From IMG/VR virus record IMGVR_UViG_3300026484_000394, positions 1 to 64,000 of that record: a stretch of DNA of 64,000 bases; one strand, written 5' to 3'. Source of the stretch: a virus. Both the position numbers and the translations under genes were made by a program. A model generated the notes under the pieces. The model ran no database searches. It was not told the origin of the DNA and saw only the letters and a program-made list of their open reading frames with translations. Shown here piece by piece: positions 47,600 through 59,500 of the stretch. Position 1 is the first letter of the stretch. Each line of letters begins with the position of its first letter.

Positions 47600-49887
47600 T
47601 GATAGTTCTACATTCCAAAATCCCTTCGTCAGGTTCTTGTAATAAAGGAGAAGACAAAGAGGAAGATAGTGAAGAAAATAAAGAGGATGAATCGTGTTCA
47701 AAGAAAGAATTGCCTCCCAAGTCTGATACAAAGAAACAGAACAAGAAGGCTGACGATGAAGAGGGTGATGACGAAGAAGATTCTCCCTTGTTTGCCCAGG
47801 ACGGATTTTCATCTGTAGTTCCAGTTCTGCCTTTAGGTGATTACACATTTAAGAAAGGCGAGTATATTAGCTGTGAGCTTGAAGCTGTAGATATAAGTAG
47901 TATGACTGTTACTTCCGCTGTAGCAACAGTTTCTATGTATACCCTTGACAGAAAAGAGACTGTTGACTTTACTAAGCAAGAACTCCTTTCTGGAGTAGAT
48001 TCTTTCTTTGAGACGGTTATCTTATCTGAGGAGCAAGATTTTGCAGCCTCGAACAGTTTGTTGTTTGGGGATGAAAGTGTCTCAATATCTTGTGCTTCCA
48101 AAGAAATTGATGTTGAGTGCAAGATAGCTTCTTGTGAAGATGACAAGGCAGTCCTTCATGTGATGATGGATTCTTTACAGTCCGAAAGTGAATGTGATTG
48201 GGAAGAGATATGGCAGTTAATCGTAGTAGCGGATGCAGAAATGGGAGACGGCACAATAATGGAAGTTGTGATTCCGTTTAAACTTGAACTTTTTGCAAAA
48301 AGGATAGTCTTATCTTGTGATGAAGCAGACATTCTTTACGGTGATACAATAAAATGCTATAACGGCTGGATGTCAGATACTCAAACAAATATAGGAATGT
48401 TTAAATTCTGTAAGACTGAAAACACAAGAACAACTTTGTATTTGAGATATATTTTTTCCAAGATTTTTAATTACTATGTTCCTGCTAGGCAAGACCTGTG
48501 TAAATTTCTTGCTTCGCATATCGAAGATACAGCGGGGTATGAAAAAGTATATCTCTTGAAATTACCCATGTATGCTGAAGATGCTGAAATCATCAAACTA
48601 GAACTAATGAATGGTGAAGGTGAAGTGGCTATGTCCTTTGTTGACAACAGAGGTAAAGCTTCATTTGATTTCTCAAACATATCATCAAGTACAGGAAAAG
48701 TTATACTTAAAGCTACTGTAGCAGAGCAAGAATCCTTTTTCATAATAGAAGCGGGTTCTGCAGAGACAGAGTATATTGTTTCAGTTGCAGATAATAGGCT
48801 GGTGTATCCAACAAAAAACCGTGCTTTTGTTAGCAGTGATATAGATTTAGCCAAAGCCAAAAGTTCTATGTATTGGTTTCATACCTTTGTAGATTCTTTG
48901 CAGTCAGGATTAGTTCGAATTCAGGAAGCTAAAGCTCGCTCGCATGTAGTAGCAATGGTGTTTACGAGAGGAATGTCAGCTGGGTTACTTACTAATATGA
49001 TGGACTTTATTGCATATTTATTGTATGAGAATATAAAACTCCAAATTTCCGACAGTGAAAGAACTTTTTTCCTTGACTCAATAAAGCAGGTAATAGATGC
49101 TTATGCAAGAAGTATGGCTAAGGCACAGTTTGGGCTCAAAAAAGATATTCGAAAGCGTGTGGCTAGGGATTGGCTTTTTACAATTAGAAGAGACGCATTT
49201 AAAAGAAATCAGCAACAAGCATATGTGGAATATATGCCTTTGATTATGTGTGGAGCAGTGTCGTACTGTGCCTTCACAAAAAGACCTCAAATGGTAATTG
49301 GGGCACCTATGTTTGGGTCAACGATAGATTTAGAAGACACTTCTGTGGCAGCACTAGATATTGAAGATGCAGTAATGACCGATTCTATCTCATCAATGTT
49401 TCAAAAATATATCAACTTCTTTATACCATCGACAGATCTAGTAAGACTAAATACATTAAGACACCTAAAAACATCCATTCTGTATGGAGCATCTCAAAAC
49501 AATTGGTCTGGGCATTTAGTGGTAATCAAAAAAGATGGCCTTCATTCTGAGCCGTACAGTTCTGAGAATAAGGCCTATGGCATTAATGCAAAGCCAGGAA
49601 TGACAGTTGAGACCCCAGGAAAAATAGGTAAAATATGGAAAGAGTTAACAGACCAATGTGTTCGAGTTAGAACTTTTGAAAGCTATTACCCTGTTCACGG
49701 GAAAAAAGCAATGGAGGCTATCGAAACAATGCCCGAAGGTGCTTTTCCGATGAATTGGTCAACTCAGCAAATAGTTGTCCTTGATATGGATGAAAACAAA
49801 CTGATTGTAGACGGTGAAGTTATATATGAAAATATTATTTTTAGTAGACCAAATGAGCATATTCTCATAGCAGAAAGGAAGGTATAA
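47599..49887 (+). CDS. Hypothetical protein with N-terminal acidic low-complexity tract
   Basis: EDKEEDSEENKEDE...DDEEGDDEED. Confidence 0.75.
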   Translation: MIVLHSKIPSSGSCNKGEDKEEDSEENKEDESCSKKELPPKSDTKKQNKKADDEEGDDEEDSPLFAQDGFSSVVPVLPLGDYTFKKGEYISCELEAVDISSMTVTSAVATVSMYTLDRKETVDFTKQELLSGVDSFFETVILSEEQDFAASNSLLFGDESVSISCASKEIDVECKIASCEDDKAVLHVMMDSLQSESECDWEEIWQLIVVADAEMGDGTIMEVVIPFKLELFAKRIVLSCDEADILYGDTIKCYNGWMSDTQTNIGMFKFCKTENTRTTLYLRYIFSKIFNYYVPARQDLCKFLASHIEDTAGYEKVYLLKLPMYAEDAEIIKLELMNGEGEVAMSFVDNRGKASFDFSNISSSTGKVILKATVAEQESFFIIEAGSAETEYIVSVADNRLVYPTKNRAFVSSDIDLAKAKSSMYWFHTFVDSLQSGLVRIQEAKARSHVVAMVFTRGMSAGLLTNMMDFIAYLLYENIKLQISDSERTFFLDSIKQVIDAYARSMAKAQFGLKKDIRKRVARDWLFTIRRDAFKRNQQQAYVEYMPLIMCGAVSYCAFTKRPQMVIGAPMFGSTIDLEDTSVAALDIEDAVMTDSISSMFQKYINFFIPSTDLVRLNTLRHLKTSILYGASQNNWSGHLVVIKKDGLHSEPYSSENKAYGINAKPGMTVETPGKIGKIWKELTDQCVRVRTFESYYPVHGKKAMEAIETMPEGAFPMNWSTQQIVVLDMDENKLIVDGEVIYENIIFSRPNEHILIAERKV

Positions 49888-49889
49888 TA

Positions 49890-51014
49890 ATGAATTTCAA
49901 TCTTTCAAAAGAGCATCTTAAGATCAGTTTAGAGGGGGGAGATTTTTCTCTCCTTGTAGAAGACTTTTCTTGTGCTAGTGATACCAAACACAAGGTATCT
50001 CAGAAGACGAAATGTACAATTGAGATAGAAGAGGAAGCAGCTTCTGATATTCGACAGATTTTTATTGACGGATTAGTGCAGAAAGCCAGTGGAGACAATA
50101 GTTATATTTCTAAGCGAAAACTTCAAACACTGTTCTCGTCTCTTTTACCTATTGTCGAGTATAGTGATGCAGGGCTGATTGATATCTCTGATGAAATCAA
50201 AGAGCAAATTGAGACTGCAACTAAAGATATTGAAATCAATACCAAGGTGTCTATAGAAGATAGTTCTTATTACCTAGATGCTAAGTATTGTATAGTAGCT
50301 GAGACAGAAGTAAAGAAAATAAACTTGTCTCTCAAGGCTATTACAAAAGACAATAATGAAGTAATTGAGGAGAACAGTCTTGTGAGTAGCCAGTTCACAC
50401 TAGCTCCATCAGATATACTTGATGAAGATGATGGGCTAACAGCGGACACAAGCATTGATTTGGAATATATTTTTAATCGAGTAGTTACGCTAACTGAAAG
50501 AAAAGACTTGAATGTAATAGAGACTTTTGGTAGGCTTTGGGAAAGAGACATTCAAGATATAGAAGACATCTTAGATATGTATGTTGAGTTATTCAATAGT
50601 GCTTTCCAAAGTCTGACAGGAATTAAGTTTGAAGTCACTTCAAGATACCCTTTTGTTTCACACATATGTGGTATAAATCCTAATGTAAATGGGTTTATGA
50701 TAATTCCAATTAATCATACACAGATTTATATGAGCGGGTCAAGAGCAACAATACAAGCGAATGATACTGAGATGACTTATGTATCCGGAGATATTCAATT
50801 TCCCTTCATCCCAGTAATAGGATCCGCAGAGAAAATGTTTGATATTTGTTCTGGTGAACCGGAATGGAGCAAGACGGGACCCCTTTGTAAAGAGTATGTA
50901 GGGGAAAATATATCCGAGTTTGAAATAAATACAATGTTTAGCTGGGTAAATAGAACTTCGGCGGACACAAAGACTTATAGCTTATCTGCTCTGGGTCTAG
51001 ATCATAAGGAATAA
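49890..51014 (+). CDS. Hypothetical protein
   Basis: Long ORF in operon. Confidence 0.75.
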   Translation: MNFNLSKEHLKISLEGGDFSLLVEDFSCASDTKHKVSQKTKCTIEIEEEAASDIRQIFIDGLVQKASGDNSYISKRKLQTLFSSLLPIVEYSDAGLIDISDEIKEQIETATKDIEINTKVSIEDSSYYLDAKYCIVAETEVKKINLSLKAITKDNNEVIEENSLVSSQFTLAPSDILDEDDGLTADTSIDLEYIFNRVVTLTERKDLNVIETFGRLWERDIQDIEDILDMYVELFNSAFQSLTGIKFEVTSRYPFVSHICGINPNVNGFMIIPINHTQIYMSGSRATIQANDTEMTYVSGDIQFPFIPVIGSAEKMFDICSGEPEWSKTGPLCKEYVGENISEFEINTMFSWVNRTSADTKTYSLSALGLDHKE

Positions 51015-51016
51015 AT

Positions 51017-54000
51017 ATGAGAGCAAAAGAACATTTTACAGCACTTCAGTTTGATGAAGGAGTGGTTATGTCGAGCGATGCAACTATCGTGGCTCCTCAA
51101 GCAAAAACAATTATCTGTCGAGAAGGCCTCAATCAAACAGTTTCATTTAGCCATGGAGCTGGAAGCACTTTTCCTCTTTTAGGAGAGTCTATTAGTAAAC
51201 TAATTAAAAAGACTGACTATATGTCCTTCCGAAATTTCCTAGATGAGAGCACTTCTGCCTTAAGGGAAAACGAGGTTCTATCTAGTGATAAAGAAGTAAA
51301 CTCTTTGCTTCAGGCCAATCTTAGACAGGAAATTTTCACCGCGAAGAGACAAAGCCTGTTCCTTGACAATCATTCATTCAACAGTCAGACATTTTCCCTG
51401 TTTTCGGAGATAAAAGTTCTAAAAACAGCCCCTCAATTTGATAAGAAACTAAAGTTTAATGGGTTAGACAAGGGACTTTCCTCATTCCCTTTGTACCAAT
51501 TGTCTTTAGAAACTTCTACTGTAGTATTTAATTCTGCAGGTAAATTATCTCTATGCTATGATCAATCAAGGTTAGACTCTGCATTTGCAGGACTGCTTGA
51601 ATTCTCTCTTAGAGATAAATCCAAGAATGTAATTCGTCCTTTATGTAGAGTTCGGGATATTGTTCCTTTAAATAAGGGGAGACTTGTTTTTCTTCCTGTC
51701 GATGAAGCAGCCTGCTCTGAAGCAGTAATGAATCAGAAAGAATCAAAATCGGTTGTAGAAGTTATGACTAGCAGGAATGATGTAGCTATAGAAGTAGATG
51801 ATTCACTTATTAAAGAAGGAGATTTCTTTCTAGTAAATAAAACATCTCAGCCTGTTCGGATAACTCTTACTAACGGAGACACACACAACCTCAATCCTTA
51901 CGCAATAGAAAAAATCAGAATAAACCAAGTCTCATCAGTAACCGTGTTTAAATCTCTTTTTGCATATCCTACTCGAATTACAGAGGGTGCCGAAGAGAAA
52001 TTCTTATTTAAACCTCTTCCAACAGTGAAATACTATTCTGTAGGCGACCGATATGTTAATGCTCCTAGCTTTTCAATAGATAAAATCACTCGCAATCTAC
52101 AGAGCAGTCTAAATCTAAGAAATGAATCTGGCCTTGTTCATATCTTGAGCTACGCAACCAACTTAAAGTTAGAAAAAACAACTGTTGTTGCTTTTGGTGA
52201 CGAGCTTGGAATGAGATACAATGAAACTGATATTATTATTCGAAATGGCGAAGTCTTAACTAAAAAGGCTTCAGAGACAGATTTCGCTACAGTGAAACTT
52301 CCTGATACTAAAACAGGAGGAGAAAGAAAGTATGTCCAAGATGGGATTGAATTCAGCTCTAAAGAATCTATTGTAGGAGGTCGAACAATAGAAGATAAGG
52401 CTTTTATGTACGAAACAAACTACACTTACACAAAAGGTGCTGTTCATCGAAAACTGACGGGTCAAGCATATCCTGTTGGATTTTATAGAATTACATTTCA
52501 GCAAAGTGGGTGCCTACTTCAGAAATTTCCTATGCAGGATGGGAATGTAAATGTGCGAAATAGTTATTACGCAAGTGAAATCGCGTTAGTTCTTTCGGCT
52601 AAGGATGGAGAATTAGCTGTTTTAAATAGAAGAGACCCTGATGAGGACAGAATTATATACTCTTATCTAAGTGCATTTGCTAAGCATTCTAAAACAGCAT
52701 TTGTTATTGAGTCGTTTGGTATGGTTTCAAGAAAGACTCTTCCTTATACTGTTAGCGAACACTGGTTGGCAAAAAAAATACTTGCTGACTATCCTTCTGA
52801 CTATCCATTTTTATTGCAAGGAACTGCCTCAAGGACTCTTGAGAATTATTATTTGTGCTGGGTAGCTTTACGCCAGGTAGGTTCCAAAGAAATTAAATTC
52901 TTTTTTGAATTAGAGAGTGAACATGGATTTTATTCTCACTTAGGAAACTCCTTCTATCTTTCACAACCCGCCATAAAATGTGAGGATGAGCAAAAATATG
53001 CCTTAAATAAGCTAAGTACTTGTGGTCATCCATATAAATATGACTTATTTACTTCAACGACCATCAACTCTATGGAAATACAAGAAATCATCCCAGAGAG
53101 TTATTTTACTAGCGAGGTTATTTCTGCTGGGCATATGTTTCATGTAGACCCTTTGCCAATAAAAACTGAAATGGTGGGTAACTATGGTCTTCATGCAATC
53201 TCTGTTCAAGAGAGCTCTTCGCTAGAGACAAACATATACCACTCTAGCCCTACAAACACTAACCTGAATGAATATTTCAATGAAAATATATTTTTATATA
53301 CTCTTCCCGAAATAGGTCTGATTTGTTCCGTTCCTTTTGCATTAGATACGGTGCCCACACAGGTAGAAAAGATAAAAGACAATTACAAAAGAGGAGTTAG
53401 GTATACTTTTGCCACTCATACTGTTGAAGCCTGGTTTTCAGAAGCAAAAGGGATAGCTGAAAGCAATTATCTTGTGTCTATTGATGGCAAAGAAGTCTAT
53501 CTTGAGCAGAAGCCATATCCTGAATTCATGAACAAAGACCAAGATATTTATAATCTTAAAGCCTTCTATTTAACAGAAATGAGGCTTGATGAGCTACATT
53601 GCCAACCAACTATTTTAGCGAGTCTTTTGTATGCAAAATATGGTTTTATTCAGTGTATTCTTGGCGTTTGGTCAGAAGAAGACGAAGATGTGTTACTTGA
53701 TGATACAAGCCTGCAGATAACTAAAGAGCATAGTCAGAAAGGACATCTTCTGGTAGCTTCTTGTAATGGACTTAGTCCGAAATACATAATAAATTACTAT
53801 TCTATGTATAGTGTGTTTTCTACAGGTAAATTGTTTGAATATGATACTGAGTTTCGTCTTACCATCAAAAAAGAAGGATTGGTGTCTAAGTTGCCATTCT
53901 CGTATATTGCAGATGCAAAAGAGAGTTACTTCAATGAAGAAGAAGAGATAGCTACGAAGCTTATTATTCAAGGTTTTTCAAGTGAGCTACAAGGGGCTCT

Positions 54001-54889
54001 TCTTATTGCATATGCTCCAAAAGGTTTCACTCTGAATGGAATGTGGGAAAATCCCGTAGACAATGTAGGCTCGCTGGATAAAATTCTTCTTCAAGACCAT
54101 TTGGAATATACCGTTCCTTCAGGAAGTCGAGTCCCTATTGACATTAATCTTGGCAGTACGAACAAGCTAGTCTCTACAGAAATCTTAAGGAATACTATTG
54201 AGCACTATGAGAGGATAGATGGCTTTGTTACCAAAGAAGTTATAGCGAATGAGAAGATGAGTCCATTTCAGAGAGGGAAGTATACATACTCTCTCCACTA
54301 TGTTCATCATGAGCATAATGGAGTGTTTTTGTCTAGGCAAATATCTGTAGACCTAGAGGCTTATCCTCGCTCTAAGTCATACCAGAACAATAATGCTATC
54401 CAGTCTCTAATCTTCCCTTTAAAACAGGATTCTCATCAAAAGAAGATGGCTGCTCGTGCAGTGTATGTACGCTTTGATACAAGATTTATCTCAGAGGCAA
54501 TCCCTTCATACTACGACAAGTTCATAGAGTTACCTACTGCATTCACTTGTGATTTGGCTCCAGAAGAATCGGTTCTGGCAGAAGCTTCTGACAAAATAGA
54601 TTTCTTCAAAGAAGAGACTTTTGAGATTTCGGGGGAAGCTCTAATTGGACTACAAGGAAAGAATAGATATTATATAGACAATATAGATGCTAGTTCGAAA
54701 ATCTTCAAACTGTCTTTCAGAAATACAGAGATTAGCTTTCACGACCAATCTAATGTAGGAACATACGATATACTAAATGCATATCCACTTTACGCTAAAG
54801 GACTGTTATTTAAGCAACCGTATAAGCATCTAAATAATGTCAAACAAAACGGGTTTATCAAGGAGTCAGATAATGTTGTGGGTAAATAG
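51017..54889 (+). CDS. Large hypothetical protein (1290 aa)
   Basis: Long ORF, AAGGA RBS. Confidence 0.8.
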   Translation: MRAKEHFTALQFDEGVVMSSDATIVAPQAKTIICREGLNQTVSFSHGAGSTFPLLGESISKLIKKTDYMSFRNFLDESTSALRENEVLSSDKEVNSLLQANLRQEIFTAKRQSLFLDNHSFNSQTFSLFSEIKVLKTAPQFDKKLKFNGLDKGLSSFPLYQLSLETSTVVFNSAGKLSLCYDQSRLDSAFAGLLEFSLRDKSKNVIRPLCRVRDIVPLNKGRLVFLPVDEAACSEAVMNQKESKSVVEVMTSRNDVAIEVDDSLIKEGDFFLVNKTSQPVRITLTNGDTHNLNPYAIEKIRINQVSSVTVFKSLFAYPTRITEGAEEKFLFKPLPTVKYYSVGDRYVNAPSFSIDKITRNLQSSLNLRNESGLVHILSYATNLKLEKTTVVAFGDELGMRYNETDIIIRNGEVLTKKASETDFATVKLPDTKTGGERKYVQDGIEFSSKESIVGGRTIEDKAFMYETNYTYTKGAVHRKLTGQAYPVGFYRITFQQSGCLLQKFPMQDGNVNVRNSYYASEIALVLSAKDGELAVLNRRDPDEDRIIYSYLSAFAKHSKTAFVIESFGMVSRKTLPYTVSEHWLAKKILADYPSDYPFLLQGTASRTLENYYLCWVALRQVGSKEIKFFFELESEHGFYSHLGNSFYLSQPAIKCEDEQKYALNKLSTCGHPYKYDLFTSTTINSMEIQEIIPESYFTSEVISAGHMFHVDPLPIKTEMVGNYGLHAISVQESSSLETNIYHSSPTNTNLNEYFNENIFLYTLPEIGLICSVPFALDTVPTQVEKIKDNYKRGVRYTFATHTVEAWFSEAKGIAESNYLVSIDGKEVYLEQKPYPEFMNKDQDIYNLKAFYLTEMRLDELHCQPTILASLLYAKYGFIQCILGVWSEEDEDVLLDDTSLQITKEHSQKGHLLVASCNGLSPKYIINYYSMYSVFSTGKLFEYDTEFRLTIKKEGLVSKLPFSYIADAKESYFNEEEEIATKLIIQGFSSELQGALLIAYAPKGFTLNGMWENPVDNVGSLDKILLQDHLEYTVPSGSRVPIDINLGSTNKLVSTEILRNTIEHYERIDGFVTKEVIANEKMSPFQRGKYTYSLHYVHHEHNGVFLSRQISVDLEAYPRSKSYQNNNAIQSLIFPLKQDSHQKKMAARAVYVRFDTRFISEAIPSYYDKFIELPTAFTCDLAPEESVLAEASDKIDFFKEETFEISGEALIGLQGKNRYYIDNIDASSKIFKLSFRNTEISFHDQSNVGTYDILNAYPLYAKGLLFKQPYKHLNNVKQNGFIKESDNVVGK

Positions 54890-56501
54890 AGATTTAATAG
54901 AAGGGGAGCTAGCCATAAATGGGTTAAGCTTCTACAAAGATGGGTCAGCGAATGGAAATGGTTCCTGGGGTTTTTTTTATTTGCTTAGAAATGGCAAAGA
55001 CAAGCCTATCAAATTATTCCTTGGACTCAAATTTAATGTACTGTCTGTTATCACGGATAGCTATACAGAAAGTTTCATTAATATTCCAAAGTACCAAGAA
55101 GAGAAGGTACATAAGCTTCGTCGTGCTAATACTTTTTCTTTTGAAGCTGAGGACCTTACTCAATACAATGCAGATGAAGTAAATAGCGATGACTTAATCA
55201 GCTTTGTCTTGGATGATTTCAAGCTGGAAGTTGATATTGTAGAGTTTGCTAAGAGAATATATACTAAAGTGAAGTTCTTAGAACAATTTGAAGCCATGTT
55301 GCAGTCAAAAGTTTTGCAGACACGGGGTGCAAAGCCTTTTCGAGAAATCATTGCTATTCCTACTAAAATCTTTGAGGGGAATATAGAGACAATGAGTACA
55401 CTTTTTGTTGGGCAAACTAGCTATTCAGTAATCAATAATCGAATTTACTTTCCCAATGAAATTCATCCCGAAATCAGATATTCTGTCTGGAATATTCCAA
55501 TAGATATTGATTATGATGGAGCCTTACATACAAACTTATTGAGATTAAAAAGTGGACACCTCGGAATAGTTGATATGGGTGTAATAGACAATAGTTCTTC
55601 AGAGGATGGATTTTCCCCTTCTTTCGATATTCGAACAATAAGAGATGGTTATTATGATATTGAAGTGGTTGACCCTTTTGTAAACATAGGATATCGTCCT
55701 AGTAAACACTTATATTGTCAAGATAACTCGGCTTGGTATACTCGCACTATTCCAAGCAGTGAACCAAGATTGGTGGGAGATATTCCTCTTGTTGTTGATG
55801 AGTTTAAATCGTTGGAACCTATTATTGGTTTAGGGGATAGGGTTATATTAAAGCTTATTGCTGATTTCAAAATTAAACATGGGTTTAGTCTAGAGCAGGA
55901 TAGATTTTTTAGTGAAAATATTCCTGTGTTAATTCAGGCTTTTCTCTCACACAAAAAAATCCCATGGGTAGAGAGCACTTTAGTTGAACGCCTTGCAAAA
56001 AGATTTGAAGCAGCTTACAATTTACCATTAGCAAGCAGGAATACGCTTATAGACATAGAAAAACAAACCAATATGGACAGAAATGTTATAATCGTGATGT
56101 ATCATCCGGTCTTGAATGAACATGTGTTTTATGAAGCAGGAGATAATGATAATTCTAGTATTGAAAAAGGCTCTGTGATTTTCAGTATTAAAGGCTTTCG
56201 ATATGGAATATGCATTGAGAATGGAGAAGGTAAATTCATTTGGTCAAATATTGAGAAACCCTTCCGTGCAAAAGAGAAAATATTCCTTGATTTTCACGGC
56301 AAAGAGGATTCTGTAACTCAAAAAAGTATAACTTGCTATTTGGATTTACAATATAAAGGAAGTAATGCTTACATACTGGCTATTCCAAAAACATCTTTTC
56401 GCACATTTGTGGAAAAAAGCATGGGAGTTTTCCAAGGTAATTATATCTTGGGTCAGAAAAGTGGAACAATTAAATTAGATAGGAATGTAATATGGCAGTA
56501 A
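54873..56501 (+). CDS. Hypothetical protein
   Basis: Start set at ATG 54873 behind AAGGAG (track start 54837). Confidence 0.75.
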   Translation: MLWVNRDLIEGELAINGLSFYKDGSANGNGSWGFFYLLRNGKDKPIKLFLGLKFNVLSVITDSYTESFINIPKYQEEKVHKLRRANTFSFEAEDLTQYNADEVNSDDLISFVLDDFKLEVDIVEFAKRIYTKVKFLEQFEAMLQSKVLQTRGAKPFREIIAIPTKIFEGNIETMSTLFVGQTSYSVINNRIYFPNEIHPEIRYSVWNIPIDIDYDGALHTNLLRLKSGHLGIVDMGVIDNSSSEDGFSPSFDIRTIRDGYYDIEVVDPFVNIGYRPSKHLYCQDNSAWYTRTIPSSEPRLVGDIPLVVDEFKSLEPIIGLGDRVILKLIADFKIKHGFSLEQDRFFSENIPVLIQAFLSHKKIPWVESTLVERLAKRFEAAYNLPLASRNTLIDIEKQTNMDRNVIIVMYHPVLNEHVFYEAGDNDNSSIEKGSVIFSIKGFRYGICIENGEGKFIWSNIEKPFRAKEKIFLDFHGKEDSVTQKSITCYLDLQYKGSNAYILAIPKTSFRTFVEKSMGVFQGNYILGQKSGTIKLDRNVIWQ

Positions 56502-59500
56502 AAGCAACTCACACCCCACAGCTTCAAGAGGATGCTCTTTATGAGTTGAAAAAAGAAGCATTTTTTAGAATCTCTGAGCAAGTAGGCAGTCTTCAGTCAG
56601 ACAGTCAGATACCAGTTTCTCTTAGAAATATATCTTTGTACCTGGGAGACAATAGTAGGATAGTATATAAGCCTTCTCAAATTAAGGGACTTTATAGCAG
56701 TCGTTCAAGCAATGTATTTGTGAAAGAGTACATTAAACTCGACAATAGCAACTGGATGATGTTTGTTCACATAGGACAGGAGAACAGTGTCGGACAGGTA
56801 GACAAGATAGCTATAGGCTCTGTTGATGGAGCTATTAAGATTGCCCCTAAAGGAACAGAAAGAGTAATCTCTCTTACAACTACTTTTGCGAACGAAAACA
56901 TTCAAATTATTCCGAGTGAACTGAGAGAGCATTTTGAAGCAGAAGCAAACCGTACTGGATATCCTCTTGGGGACTACGAAGAAGGGGTATATCTGCTGGA
57001 TAGCCCAGCACCTCTTTTTGCTAATGACACGGCTATGACTAGAGACAGTGATTTTGTAGGACTTTGGATTTCTTTTGGAACAATGCTTAAGTATGATTTA
57101 TCTAATCTGTCTAATTTTAATATTGATGGTGTGAAAGTCGGAGCAATCGACATCAATAATGACATCAACTCTATTCAGATTTTGAAGATGCTTTCGAACT
57201 GTGCCTTTGGATATGCCACTATTCTTTTAGATAAGGAATTGTTATTAGCAGACCTAATGAAATACTCAAAGAAGTTCGTTTACGAAACTAATATGCAGGA
57301 TACAACAAGAATTTGCGTTGATAATGTTCTGGAAACATTACAAGAAAAAGGGTTGTTCGGTATGCTTTATGAGGAGATGGAAGCCATCAAAGAGTATCCT
57401 ATTATGGCTTTTGACGAACATACGGGGAAAATACACAGAGACCTTCAGACTGTACTAAAGTTTAAATATAAAAAAGAATACATCTATATGCTTTTAGATT
57501 CTAAGTCTGAAAAAATGTATTTCCTTAGTTATGCAGGGGATATTTCAACTTACGAAAATTCTAAATATAATTATTCCGTGAAAGTTTCTAGTTCTCTGTG
57601 GCTGTCAAAATCAAACAGAATTAATCTTGATGGCTTTGTACTTTTCACAGGCTTCCCTAATCTTCAGCATAACAAAGTTTTAGATATATATTTTGATAAT
57701 ACTTCAGAGAGCTTCAGTTCTTTAGACAAAAACTTCTCTATCGACGTTTCAGAGTTTGATAAGTTTTTTGATGAAGAGTCGGCAGGAGCCAAACAAAATA
57801 GCTACGAACATAACACTGACCTTATTCACTCTTTTGGGAACAATTCTTTCCCTCTTGTGAGTGGCTTGGTGGGCTATCGCTTTAAAGAGGTTAGAAATAA
57901 GATTCCTTATTTTAGCTTACAAACAAGTGCAGAACCTACTTTTAGTACAATGATAGATGTTGTAGCTAAAAAGGCTTTTCTCTTCACCCCTGCACTGAAG
58001 ATGAATTGTGATTATTCTAAGTCATATCCTACTTTAGAGATTATGTCTTTTCTTAAAAACTATGTCTCGATGCAACTAGGGATAAAAGATGCAAAAGAAT
58101 TTGTAGGTGAGCTTGAGGGAGGCAGTTATGTCTACGCTGTACAGTTTGGATATTATGCTGATGGATGGACCTTATTTAAGACAGACGATAATACTTTTGA
58201 ATGTAAAAAGACAGACCCAATAAGACTTTCTTATGCGTTCAATGGTGCTGTAGAGCAAGTAGCTATGGATGAGGCAAAGAGTATTTTGGAAATAGTACAG
58301 AAGCTTCAAGAGCAAAATGTTTCACCCTCAGACATAGAAGAGAGGATATCCGATAGTCTCAATAGTGCGACAAATAGAGTTCATTCAAAGATTAATGTTG
58401 CAATCAAGGGTATGGCACTTGCTTTTGACCAGGAAATTATAAGAAAAACTGCTCAAATACCTAAAATCATAGATTCTCAAACCCCTTCTTATGTGTTTGA
58501 TAGATTTTTGGACTCAGATACGATTTATGTCAATAACGCTCCAACTGGTCCAGCTCTTAATCATGCTCTTTTGTTTGAAGATACATTTAATAATATCTAT
58601 TTGCAGCACAGGTCTCATTACCTAAGCCTAATAGATATGAATCCAGATAAAAACAAAGTACATTGTCCATATCTAATAGACTTTACTATGTCTATGCTTG
58701 AAAACAAGATACACCTTATTGTAGATACTGATGTGTCCAATAGCATATCAGTATCTACTAATGATGTGTTAGGACTCAGTGCACTAGGAGAAATGCTTTC
58801 TGCCAATGGAGAGATAGAAATAGAGGGAGAATTGTTCCCTTACAGCGAAGCATATTCAAAAGAGATGACAATACAATATTTTGGAATACGAAACATTGAC
58901 GGAAAAGACTTTAATATCTTTAAGCTCACTGACTTTACTACAATGTCGGACGAGGTGGCAAAAGCATACAATAAAAGATTTCTTTCTGAAGCCTCAGATC
59001 AGTTCTCTGCAATTGGCATCGACTTTGAAGAAGCAAAGAAAGAAATGTTTTCTTTTGGAAAGGGTGACTATCAAGAATTGAGTGTCCCTAGGGTTCCGGG
59101 AGGACAACCTCTTTATGTAGCTATGCTAGAGAACAAACTGATGGTGTCTCTTGATGGAGAGGAGTATTCACAAGTAAATCCTGGTTTCTCATTTGACCTA
59201 TCTGCAAGATTAAAAATTAATAGCAGGCTAGCATTTATTTCCTCTCTTCAGAATTTAGTGAATATGCGTATAACAGAGACTACTTTTAGCTTGTTCCCAG
59301 AAGAAGTGCACGATAAAGAAGATATATATAATGTGTCTATTAAAGAAGTAATTCTAAATGCAGAAGAAATACATTTAAACAAGATACATATCACCACTGT
59401 TTGCCAAGTTGATAATGGGAGCATCGTTCTATATGACAACAAAAATATTGTTTATCAAGAAGGAGAATCATTTGCGTTTGAACAATCTGTTTCTATAGAT